From a virus (Duplodnaviria > Caudoviricetes): a stretch of DNA of 57,140 bases. Each line of letters opens with the position of its first letter. Position 1 is the stretch's first letter. The translations under genes and the position numbers were made by a program. The notes under the pieces are model-generated. The model ran no database searches. It had not been told where the DNA came from and saw only the letters and a program-made list of their open reading frames with translations. The DNA lies in the IMG/VR virus record IMGVR_UViG_3300024054_000020, positions 1 through 57,140 of that record. The stretch is one strand, 5' to 3'. Shown one piece after another: positions 10,756-18,539 of the stretch.

Positions 10756-10972
10756 TTCAATTACTTTTCGTGCCATTGAGTTCGAGCGACCAACATCGAG
10801 TATAAACGAATGCATTAAACAGGTTAATACTATGTTAAGTGACGCATTCGTACGTTGCACTAAGATGTCTTTACAATGGTCAGACTACACAACTTATACT
10901 ATAATGGTTAAAATCAAACAAAAATACTTGATGATGTTCATTTTGAAATACGGTTATAATGGAATACTCTAG
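10727..10972 (+). CDS. hypothetical protein
   Basis: ORF; start uncertain. Confidence 0.45.
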   Translation: MDWCVDTKNNSITFRAIEFERPTSSINECIKQVNTMLSDAFVRCTKMSLQWSDYTTYTIMVKIKQKYLMMFILKYGYNGIL

Positions 10973-11348
10973 AAAATTTATTGAAGGTAGTGTTAATTAC
11001 CTAAAACTAGTCGTCTCAGAATTAGGTGAGGATGCTGGCATGACAGCATTTAAATCACTATCAGATTCATTCTCACCGGATCTTTCTAGTAAGGTCATTA
11101 TCAGAATCTTATCTAGAGATTTCGATGATGTTATTACTATACCAACTACTCCTAATAATATTCATCTCAGCAGTAGTACTTACATACAGTTAATAAGAGT
11201 TGTAAGAACTTATACTGGAATGGGCCTAAAAGAGGCTAAAGATATTTGTGACACCCTTCGTTCTGGTAGAGAAATTAAATTAAAGATTCCCACTGAAATG
11301 AGTGCACAATTCATCGATGAATTGGAGGATGTAGGAATTAAATTATGA
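10959..11348 (+). CDS. protein with ribosomal bL12 C-terminal-like domain
   Basis: IQLIRVVRTYTGMGLKEAKDICD matches L7/L12 CTD core (IKxVRxxTGLGLKEAKDLV). Confidence 0.7.
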   Translation: MEYSRKFIEGSVNYLKLVVSELGEDAGMTAFKSLSDSFSPDLSSKVIIRILSRDFDDVITIPTTPNNIHLSSSTYIQLIRVVRTYTGMGLKEAKDICDTLRSGREIKLKIPTEMSAQFIDELEDVGIKL

Positions 11349-11632
11349 GCAATTTCACATTCAATTTTATCGGTTGGGTGAAAGATAACCATTCAGATAA
11401 GGTATGGGTTTCTATGTCGTGTGGTGACCAACATTACTGTGCTTGGGGCAAACGAGGAGCTAAGTTACAATTCAAACAACATTCGAGGCAATCGTTGCGT
11501 GGTGTAGAAAATCAAAAACGGCATAGATACAAAGAGGTAGATGAGTTTCAACTTTTCGCCATTTTCCCAGATTTTAAAAATGAAGCCGAAAAACAGTTGT
11601 TGATAAAAATATTGAGTGGTGATTATAGATGA
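11345..11632 (+). CDS. WGR-like domain protein
   Basis: SDKVW...WGKRGAKLQFK. Confidence 0.55.
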   Translation: MSNFTFNFIGWVKDNHSDKVWVSMSCGDQHYCAWGKRGAKLQFKQHSRQSLRGVENQKRHRYKEVDEFQLFAIFPDFKNEAEKQLLIKILSGDYR

Positions 11633-11898
11633 GTGGCAATAATATAAAAACATCATATACCATCGACGGTGACATTACCAATGACTCTAGTGGGCCGTGG
11701 TACATTGGTGTCAATAGTAGTGATTATACCGTTAGTGATGTTAGTTCCGTTATTAGCGGAATAAATGATAGACTAACCAAAATAGAAGAACGATTAAAAA
11801 TTCTGACAGAACCGAATAAAACTCAAATTGAAACATATAAACTTCTAAGCGACGCATACGATAAGTATGTTGTTTTAGATAACCTGTTGAAAAAATGA
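11629..11898 (+). CDS. hypothetical protein
   Basis: Coupled ORF. Confidence 0.6.
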   Translation: MSGNNIKTSYTIDGDITNDSSGPWYIGVNSSDYTVSDVSSVISGINDRLTKIEERLKILTEPNKTQIETYKLLSDAYDKYVVLDNLLKK

Positions 11899-11911
11899 AG
11901 TTATTTTCAGA

Positions 11912-11940
11912 TTGACACGAAATAAAAATAATGTCATAAT
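11912..11940 (+). promoter_or_regulatory. sigma70-type promoter
   Basis: TTGACA-17 nt-CATAAT. Confidence 0.65.
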
Positions 11941-11947
11941 ACCATTT

Positions 11948-12202
11948 ATGGGTAAAAACTTCATTTTGAATTTGGTCTATTTCATCGGGTCAATTTTTGG
12001 CGCCGGATTAATTGCGTTGAACATTGGTTACAATAGGATCGGCTTTGCATCATTTTTGATTGCATCGGTAATCGGATTGTATCTGATAATCAAACACCAC
12101 TCTTCAGTTTCGGTTGCATGGCATAAACAGTGGGCATTGATATTGGTTGGAGTGTATTACATCATAATGAATATTGTCGGAATCATTAGGTATCAATCAT
12201 GA
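11948..12202 (+). CDS. small membrane protein
   Basis: About three hydrophobic helices. Confidence 0.65.
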   Translation: MGKNFILNLVYFIGSIFGAGLIALNIGYNRIGFASFLIASVIGLYLIIKHHSSVSVAWHKQWALILVGVYYIIMNIVGIIRYQS

Positions 12203-12927
12203 AAATTCGCGTAATGAGCGATCTGCATATTCGTCGGCATGATGATTTTCCTTTTCAGCAACTAGACGAGGATGTGGTGATATTTCCCGGTGATATTGCT
12301 GAGGGAACTCATGGGTGCGGCTGGATCAAACGACAGAAAATCACCGTACCGGTGATTTATGTTCCCGGCAACCATGAATATTATGGTCAGAATATTGGTA
12401 CTCTGAACAATGAATTCAGACGAGTTAAACATTGTAACATTCTGAATAATCAGGTTCATGAGATCGGTGACGTTGTTTTTGTTGGAACTGTACTATGGAC
12501 TGATTTTAACGTATTTGGTAATCAGCCCCTTCACGCTGAGTTAACCAGAAGAGCCCTGAACGACTACATTTGGATTCAACGTAAATGGCATCGTTTCACC
12601 CCCGACGATCAAATTGCATACAACAAGGTTGCAATTCGATTTATTGAACGAGTTGTCAAAAACAAGAATCCAAACAAGAAGTACGTTTTGGTTACCCATC
12701 ACTGTGCGGAATGGAGTATTGATACTAGATACAAAAATGATCCAGTGACTGCAGGTTTTGCAACCAAACTACCTTACGGACTAGAGCAAGAGTTCTGTTT
12801 GTGGGTTCATGGTCATACACATACCGCATTTAATTACAAGATCGGTGATTGCAGAATCGTATGCAACCCTCGTGGTTACATGACCGAAAAAAGTGGATTC
12901 AACGAAAACCTTATCGTGGAGGTGTGA
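12199..12927 (+). CDS. calcineurin-like metallophosphoesterase
   Basis: DLH, GD, GNHE, HGHTH motifs. Confidence 0.9.
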   Translation: MKIRVMSDLHIRRHDDFPFQQLDEDVVIFPGDIAEGTHGCGWIKRQKITVPVIYVPGNHEYYGQNIGTLNNEFRRVKHCNILNNQVHEIGDVVFVGTVLWTDFNVFGNQPLHAELTRRALNDYIWIQRKWHRFTPDDQIAYNKVAIRFIERVVKNKNPNKKYVLVTHHCAEWSIDTRYKNDPVTAGFATKLPYGLEQEFCLWVHGHTHTAFNYKIGDCRIVCNPRGYMTEKSGFNENLIVEV

Positions 12928-12929
12928 CC

Positions 12930-13175
12930 ATGTACGAACCATATTTTGAGCAGATGAGGGGTGCTGCTAGAAAGGGTAACATCAATGTATTTTATTTGAC
13001 ACGAAGGAAGGGGTGTAGTGTGGTTGAGGAGAATGGAGTTTTTACTCTCCTCAACCACCCCGTTCAATACAGGGATCCTGTATGGGAAGAAACTAGGATT
13101 AGACTCTGGAACGTAAATTTACAGAAATTTTCGTATATCGCAAAAGAGGATATTATTGACTGGAGATTGGCATGA
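12930..13175 (+). CDS. hypothetical protein
   Basis: GGAGG RBS before ATG 12930. Confidence 0.6.
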   Translation: MYEPYFEQMRGAARKGNINVFYLTRRKGCSVVEENGVFTLLNHPVQYRDPVWEETRIRLWNVNLQKFSYIAKEDIIDWRLA

Positions 13176-13441
13176 GTACGACAACTATGACTGATAATGA
13201 ATATATTGAAAACTTAGTCACTGCACTAAAAAATGGTGTGGTGACGCTCAAGTTTAGAAAGGTCAATGGTGACATTCGAATAATGAAATGCACAATGTCA
13301 CCAAGCCTAATTCCAAACTTCAAGGAATCTGTAAGCGGTAGAAAAACACCGTTAAATTCAGTTTCAGTTTGGGACCTGGAGAAGAAAGATTGGCGAGCGT
13401 TCCGAACAGATTCTGTTATCGGATATTCACATTCTAAATAA
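13172..13441 (+). CDS. SH3-like/WYL-like (DUF2693-type) protein
   Basis: FRKVNGDIRIMKCT...VWDLEKKDWRAFR. Confidence 0.7.
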   Translation: MSTTTMTDNEYIENLVTALKNGVVTLKFRKVNGDIRIMKCTMSPSLIPNFKESVSGRKTPLNSVSVWDLEKKDWRAFRTDSVIGYSHSK

Positions 13442-13451
13442 TGGAGGAAAG

Positions 13452-13643
13452 ATGACACTGTACTCAACCGAAGACGCACGAAAGAAAATTCCAAACCAAT
13501 ACGAAATGACTGTCATTGCCGCTGCACGTGTCAGGGAGATTGGGAGAGCTAAAAATTACAACGCCCCATCAATTGCCCTGAAAGAAATTGCTGAGGGCAA
13601 ACTCGACATGGAATACTACAAAAATACACTGAAAGGACGATAA
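13452..13643 (+). CDS. rpoZ: RNA polymerase omega subunit-like protein
   Basis: EDARKKIPNQYEMTVIAAARVREI...IALKEIAEG resembles RpoZ (NRFxLVLxAAxRARQ...ALxEIxEG). Confidence 0.7.
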   Translation: MTLYSTEDARKKIPNQYEMTVIAAARVREIGRAKNYNAPSIALKEIAEGKLDMEYYKNTLKGR

Positions 13644-13912
13644 TGACACAACCAACCACAGTTATTCTTCCATCAAATCCAAAGGACATTGAACGAATCA
13701 AGGCGGCGGTGAAAGAAGGAAACGACTGCCTAATTCGAATACAATCAGAAAAAGACGAACTAAAAGCAATCGCTGAGGTTATGCAAGAGGACCTAAAAAT
13801 TCCTAAGAAGTTTTTTAACAAAATGGTTCGTGTATATAACAAGGCTAGTTTCGACAGTGAAGCAAAGGAGGTTGAGGAGTTCGAAGCACTGTACGAGACA
13901 ATATTGAAGTGA
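13643..13912 (+). CDS. dsbA: T4 DsbA-like dsDNA-binding protein
   Basis: KKFFNKMVRVY...FEALYE pattern. Confidence 0.7.
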   Translation: MTQPTTVILPSNPKDIERIKAAVKEGNDCLIRIQSEKDELKAIAEVMQEDLKIPKKFFNKMVRVYNKASFDSEAKEVEEFEALYETILK

Positions 13913-13947
13913 TAAATACTTCTCTATCACTCAAAAAGGAGTTCATC

Positions 13948-14592
13948 ATGACTACCAAAATTTTGAGCCTAAAGGATTATTATTTAGACAAAAATGGATG
14001 GTTTGTTAGAAAAAACCCCTGGATCAAGCGATTTAAGTATTTAATTACCATCTTGTGTTTGTTTGTAATTTTTGTACCAAATCAATCAGCTAGAAGTTAC
14101 ATACAAACTAACCTGATGCAACACGAAGTTACACCAACAGTTAAGGATGTTGTATATTTTGAGTACATCAAAAAACAAAATGAATCTTTAACGAATTCAG
14201 AAGTAATTAATATCATCAAGTCATCACTAAAGTGGGGTGATGAATTTGGTGTTGATGAAAAAATGATTTTGGCGATTATGACTGTTGAGTCGAAATTCAA
14301 CTATCATGCTATTTCCTCTGCAGGGGCGCTCGGTCTTATGCAGATAGTACCTAAATGGCATTTAAGTAAAATTGTTGAAGCGAGAGCTAAACTAGGAAAT
14401 CCAGAACTGTTTGATCCGAACACAAACATTTTTATGGGAACTTGGATATACAAAGAGTGCCTAACAAAGTTCAAGAATAAAGAAAACGCTCTATTATGCT
14501 ACAATGGATCGAATGAGATGCCCAATGGATATGACAAAAAAGTCTTAATCGCATACAATGATATATCTGGATTGATTAAACAGGTAAAATAA
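13948..14592 (+). CDS. lytic transglycosylase (SLT) with N-terminal membrane anchor
   Basis: VES, GALGLMQ, YNG motifs. Confidence 0.88.
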   Translation: MTTKILSLKDYYLDKNGWFVRKNPWIKRFKYLITILCLFVIFVPNQSARSYIQTNLMQHEVTPTVKDVVYFEYIKKQNESLTNSEVINIIKSSLKWGDEFGVDEKMILAIMTVESKFNYHAISSAGALGLMQIVPKWHLSKIVEARAKLGNPELFDPNTNIFMGTWIYKECLTKFKNKENALLCYNGSNEMPNGYDKKVLIAYNDISGLIKQVK

Positions 14593-15065
14593 TGGCGAAA
14601 TTCATCAGTACAAAGACATATAACAACTTAGGATCAGTTGCGTATAGGCAATGGAGAGCCGATAGTCACTGTAACCTAATACACGGTTACTCGCTTTCAT
14701 TCCATTTTCAGTTTGAGGCAGATGACTTGGATGCCAGAAATTGGGTAATGGATTTTGGTGGTTTGAAGTCACTAAAGGATACACTTGAAGATTGGTTCGA
14801 TCATACGCTGTTACTAGCTCAAGACGATCCTCAATACGAAGCTATTAAAAATCTTGGTAGATTGGGGTTAGCCAAAATCATTGAGGTTGAGCGAACTGGA
14901 TGCGAGGGTCTTGCTGATTATTTGTACGAATACGTTAATACAATATTTCTTCCTAGTTTCGGTTCGGGGGAGGCGAAGAGGGTTTGGTGTTGCAGAGTTG
15001 AAGTAAGGGAAACAGAAGCAAATATGGCAATGCGTATTGGGCACCGAGATGACAACGAATTCTAA
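14592..15065 (+). CDS. queD: 6-carboxy-5,6,7,8-tetrahydropterin synthase (QueD/PTPS)
   Basis: HCNLIHGY, DFG, FDH, VRET motifs. Confidence 0.85.
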   Translation: MAKFISTKTYNNLGSVAYRQWRADSHCNLIHGYSLSFHFQFEADDLDARNWVMDFGGLKSLKDTLEDWFDHTLLLAQDDPQYEAIKNLGRLGLAKIIEVERTGCEGLADYLYEYVNTIFLPSFGSGEAKRVWCCRVEVRETEANMAMRIGHRDDNEF

Positions 15066-15279
15066 TTATGACATTGAGATAAATGAAACCGTATTTAATG
15101 ATATGGTTGTGTGGGAAAGTAAAAATGAACCCAAAACATACTGGATAACATTCAAACGAATTAATTTTGATATTGATTTGATCGAAAGGTTTGATGGTGT
15201 TGTGATTAGTAACCTGGTTGGATTCTACGATGAAGTGACTAGAGGTAAATTCATAATGATGCATCGTTTGACAAAATAA
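15049..15279 (+). CDS. hypothetical protein
   Basis: ORF. Confidence 0.5.
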   Translation: MTTNSNYDIEINETVFNDMVVWESKNEPKTYWITFKRINFDIDLIERFDGVVISNLVGFYDEVTRGKFIMMHRLTK

Positions 15280-15356
15280 TTTTGAAAAATGTGTGTTTTA
15301 AGAGCCTAGTTTGCATATATATAATAATGGAAACAATTTTTAACACAGGAACAGTA

Positions 15357-15437
15357 ATGCAACATAAACCCTTTACATATAATTTAGCATCCGATTCAAT
15401 TCTAATGAATTGCGGATGGGAAGGCGCACCAGTGTAA
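15357..15437 (+). CDS. putative attenuator leader peptide MQHKPFTYNLASDSILMNCGWEGAPV
   Basis: AGGA RBS 6 nt upstream; 26 codons, 19 different amino acids; stop abuts the antiterminator strand. Confidence 0.7.
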   Translation: MQHKPFTYNLASDSILMNCGWEGAPV

Positions 15438-15505
15438 TCTAGGGGACTCGTGCAAAGGTTGTATAACACAGACCCCTAGACCAAAATCTAGGGGTTTTTG
15501 TTTTT
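15438..15505 (+). terminator. attenuator: mutually exclusive antiterminator / intrinsic terminator
   Basis: TCTAGGGG(15438-45) and TCTAGGGG(15487-94) both complement CCCCTAGA(15473-80); the second is followed by TTTTTGTTTTT. Confidence 0.8.
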
Positions 15506-15528
15506 GAATCAATGAATTACAATTTATA

Positions 15529-15557
15529 TTGACAATAAATTGAGATGTATGTAAAAT
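15529..15557 (+). promoter_or_regulatory. sigma70-type promoter at start of RNA island
   Basis: TTGACA-17 nt-TAAAAT. Confidence 0.7.
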
Positions 15558-15971
15558 TGGATTCATGTTGAATGTAGTTGTGATGAAAAATTAGATGATG
15601 AAATGCTGAAACGCATCGGGCTTTGAGGGAACACGTGCCCGCCAAAAAGTTCTCTTCAGTCAGACGGTACTCCGGTTTGATTGTGACCTAAAATGGTAGA
15701 GCGAAGTGGTTGTGTGTCGGAAAGCTCCCGAACAACAGTGAGTCAAGGATATGCGGAACGAGACTGCGGAACCTTGTAAATAAAACCGAATGGGCGGCGA
15801 CATGGGATGGAGTTCCTAGTGTGGAATGAAAAATCGGTCGTTTAAGTTGATTTGATGTAGTTTAATCGAATCAATTGTCCTAGAAATAGGACATTCTTTT
15901 CTGGATATTGTTGAATGTGCCCCAGTGGCGAGGGTTCGGCATTGTCAGGTTAATTCAGTAGTATTCAGAAA

Positions 15972-16112
15972 AGAATGGGTACAGCAAATCACGTATATCC
16001 AGTGATAGTGGCAAACACCAAGTAAGTGTAGGTTGCTGACCATGCCACCAGCAAAAAAGTAGGTATTCGGTTGCTATGTCCGAAATAAATCAAAACGAGC
16101 AAAACCATTCTG
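15972..16112 (+). ncRNA. TACAGCAA-motif RNA copy 1
   Basis: AGAATGG..TACAGCAA...CCATTCTG closing stem; related copies at 19621 and 21811. Confidence 0.5.
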
Positions 16113-16400
16113 ATAATTCCACTGATATGAAACGGTACGACGCCATATCACTTCCAGGAGCCAGCTCGGAGCTAGCGGAATGTAATCCGAGCAAGAATTC
16201 AAGAATCTCTCTGATTAAGAGATCATCTTAGGTGTAAGATGTAAAATTATTCACCCGGTTGCTTCCTGACGTTACGTAGAGAAGCGTGTTGGTAACTTTT
16301 TCGATAAAATAGTTGCAGGTTATAGGCTTTACCTGAATAGGCCCTAGGTTACGAACTTAGCCTACGCAAGAAGATTAATCATCATGTTCAAGAACATATT

Positions 16401-16476
16401 GCTCCGTAATACAAAGAGTCGAGTGACTAGCCCTTCAAGCTAGACCTAATGGGTTCGAGTCCCATACGGAGCTCCA
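16401..16476 (+). tRNA. tRNA-Glu(TTC), C at position 33
   Basis: Cloverleaf; loop CCTTCAA; encoded CCA. Confidence 0.8.
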
Positions 16477-16506
16477 AAAACAGCTAACCCATTTTGGGTA
16501 CTAAGT

Positions 16507-16581
16507 TGTGAGGTACCGTTCAAGGTGAGCCGGGTCTGCCTGTTAAGCAGAAATAGGTGGGTTCGATCCCCACCCTCACAG
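16507..16581 (+). tRNA. tRNA-Asn(GTT), no CCA, extended acceptor helix
   Basis: TCTGC-CTGTTAA-GCAGA anticodon arm; T-arm GTGGG-TTCGATC-CCCAC. Confidence 0.7.
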
Positions 16582-16716
16582 CTTAGTATCTAGTCAGAGT
16601 CAATTACTGAGAGAAGGCCAAACGCAGAGTTTCGAGCATGGGAGGTTGGTAATGCGCTCAGGACAGCTCGGCCCGTAGTTTTGACACAGAAGTTAACGGG
16701 CAATCTTAAATCCGAT

Positions 16717-16794
16717 GGTGCAATTGGTGTAGTGGCGCTGCATTTCGCTCTGTGAAAGCGAAGGTCCTCGGGTCGGAACCGGGATTGCACCCCA
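16717..16794 (+). tRNA. tRNA-His(GTG)
   Basis: G-1/C73; TCGCT-CTGTGAA-AGCGA; CCA. Confidence 0.85.
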
Positions 16795-16803
16795 AATAAT
16801 AAC

Positions 16804-16877
16804 GCGGGTATGGTATAGAGGTTGTGCCGTAGCCTTCCAAGCTTCAGAGGTCAGTTCAAGTCTGACTACCCGCTCCA
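16804..16877 (+). tRNA. tRNA-Gly(TCC)
   Basis: Cloverleaf, CCA. Confidence 0.9.
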
Positions 16878-16982
16878 TGAATATGAGATGAGCGTCCTAA
16901 TATCTGTCAGAATGTAGATTCACCATCGAATCCATTCTAGTCTCATTTCCGAAGACAGAATGATGAAGGGACAAAATACAAT

Positions 16983-17025
16983 GGGGGTGGGTCTGATTGC
17001 TGTCTGATCAGGTCCTACCCCACCA
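16983..17025 (+). ncRNA. CCA-terminated minihelix
   Basis: GGGGTGGG/CCTACCCC stem plus TCTGAT/ATCAGG, ending ACCA. Confidence 0.5.
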
Positions 17026-17033
17026 AACACAAT

Positions 17034-17109
17034 GGGCCATTAGTGATAGAAGGTAGCACACTGCACTTGCAATGCAGAAGAGACGGAGCGTTACCGTCAT
17101 GGTCCACCA
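17034..17109 (+). tRNA. tRNA-Ala(TGC)
   Basis: G3:U70; atypical T-loop AGCGTTA; CCA. Confidence 0.85.
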
Positions 17110-17116
17110 GTAATAA

Positions 17117-17193
17117 CGGTCATTCGCCTAGCTGGTATGGCACCTGATTTGGGATCAGGCATAACGCAAGTTCGAATCTTGCATGACCGACCA
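17117..17193 (+). tRNA. tRNA-Pro(TGG)
   Basis: Cloverleaf, CCA. Confidence 0.9.
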
Positions 17194-17199
17194 AATTTT

Positions 17200-17348
17200 A
17201 ATAACAGGGTTATGAGCCTCGATCATTGGGAGCGTCCGGACGCTCCCAGATAACATAGACACCTCCACGTACGGAGGATAACAGGCATGGATCGGATCGA
17301 TGAGTCGGCTACGAAAGATCGTAATGAGAACATTTTCTTCCCTGTTAC
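17200..17348 (+). ncRNA. duplicated ~145-nt structured RNA, copy 1
   Basis: Closed by TAACAGGG/CCCTGTTA; close copy at 17520. Confidence 0.55.
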
Positions 17349-17519
17349 CTATTTAACAATGTCCTGAAACATATTTTGGATTATGTTACGTCGGGAGACG
17401 ACAACTGAGATATGCGGATAAATGAGTAACGGGCGGTGCCAAAACAGTGCACCGAAAGTGCCGATAGGGCCGAAAGGTACGGCGGAGAACACGTTCCTGA
17501 GAAAATGGACAATAATTTC

Positions 17520-17664
17520 AATAACGGGGTTATGAGCCTCGATCATCAGGAGCGTTTTGGCTCCCATGATAACATGGACACCTCCACGAAGGAGGATAAA
17601 ACAGGCATGGATCGATGAGTCGGCTACGAAAGATCGTAATGAGAACATTTTCTTCCCTGTTATT
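17520..17664 (+). ncRNA. duplicated ~145-nt structured RNA, copy 2
   Basis: AATAACGGGG/CCCTGTTATT closing stem; shares most sequence with 17200 copy. Confidence 0.55.
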
Positions 17665-17673
17665 GTGTAATTC

Positions 17674-17756
17674 GCCTTCGTGGATAACGCAAATTGGTAC
17701 AGCATATGGACTTAAAATCCGTCCCATTGTCGGTTCGAATCCGACCGAAGGCACCA
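17674..17756 (+). tRNA. tRNA-Leu(TAA), short variable arm
   Basis: ATGGA-CTTAAAA-TCCGT; CCA. Confidence 0.8.
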
Positions 17757-17762
17757 ATTCAT

Positions 17763-17838
17763 CCTCGGGTAGCTGAGAGGTTCAAGCGTCGCCCTTACAA
17801 GACGAAGTATAGTGGTTCGAGTCCACTGCCGAGGACCA
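17763..17838 (+). tRNA. tRNA-Val(TAC)
   Basis: Cloverleaf, CCA. Confidence 0.8.
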
Positions 17839-17843
17839 AATAA

Positions 17844-17919
17844 CCTCACTAAACTAACCTAGTGGAAGTGCATGCCTGAAGAGCATGAAGGCTTGGAGCG
17901 TAACCAAGAGTGAGGACCA
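17844..17919 (+). tRNA. tRNA-Phe(GAA)
   Basis: CATGC-CTGAAGA-GCATG; atypical T-loop AGCGTAA; CCA. Confidence 0.75.
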
Positions 17920-18096
17920 ATCAATTTGTTTTCATAAATCAATGCTTCATGAACGGCGACAAGTTAGTGAAGACTTTTGCCGGTTCCTTCAGCAAGAGCG
18001 AATGGATTTTGCTGTAAATCCATGATTCGTAAAGCATTGTTTTATGGAAATAAACAGACCCCACTCTGCAGAGAAATTTGCAGGGTGGGATTTAAT

Positions 18097-18180
18097 GCCC
18101 CGGTGGTGTAATGGCAGCCACGCAAGTCTTAGGAACTTGTGCCTTCGGGCGTGTCGGTTCGAGTCCGACCTGGGGCACCA
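18097..18180 (+). tRNA. tRNA-Leu(TAG)
   Basis: Class II cloverleaf, CCA. Confidence 0.92.
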
Positions 18181-18187
18181 AAACAAT

Positions 18188-18262
18188 GGCGCCATAGTAT
18201 AGCGGTCTGTATATCGCTCTGTCACAGCGAAGGTCCGAGGTCAGCACTCGGTGGCGTCGCCA
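18188..18262 (+). tRNA. tRNA-Asp(GTC)
   Basis: TCGCT-CTGTCAC-AGCGA; atypical T-loop; GCCA. Confidence 0.8.
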
Positions 18263-18345
18263 AAACGTGCACCATGCATACAAATGAGTTCAATTCTCAA
18301 CCGCTGATCCTGGTTCTCTGGTGAGTCATGGTGCAATTTACAAAT

Positions 18346-18430
18346 GGTCACGATGCGAATGGAAAGCAAACACGCTTCGAACGTGTCGCCCTTAACTGGG
18401 TTGGGGGTTCGAGTCCTCTCGTGATCACCA
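18346..18430 (+). tRNA. tRNA-Arg(TCG), non-canonical, long variable arm
   Basis: ACACG-CTTCGAA-CGTGT; CCA. Confidence 0.7.
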
Positions 18431-18441
18431 TAAACAACAAT

Positions 18442-18534
18442 GGAGAAGTTAGCCGAGTCGGCCTAGCGGCAGCTGCCTTGAAAGCAGAAGACCCAGCAAT
18501 GGGTGTGTGAGTTCGAGTCTCACCTTCTCCGCCA
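18442..18534 (+). tRNA. tRNA-Ser(TGA)
   Basis: Class II cloverleaf, GCCA. Confidence 0.9.
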
Positions 18535-18539
18535 AATTT

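Noticed and set aside
15251-15469. Minus-strand 72-aa ORF over the attenuator
   Set aside because: Antisense shadow; the plus-strand leader has the RBS and the terminator geometry
16401-16476. Opal/Sec tRNA reading (TCA) of the first tRNA
   Set aside because: The 5-bp stem fixes a 7-nt loop CCTTCAA with TTC at 34-36; no long variable arm
17200-17664. IS/transposon direct repeats or assembly duplication
   Set aside because: Copies differ by structure-preserving changes and flank no transposase
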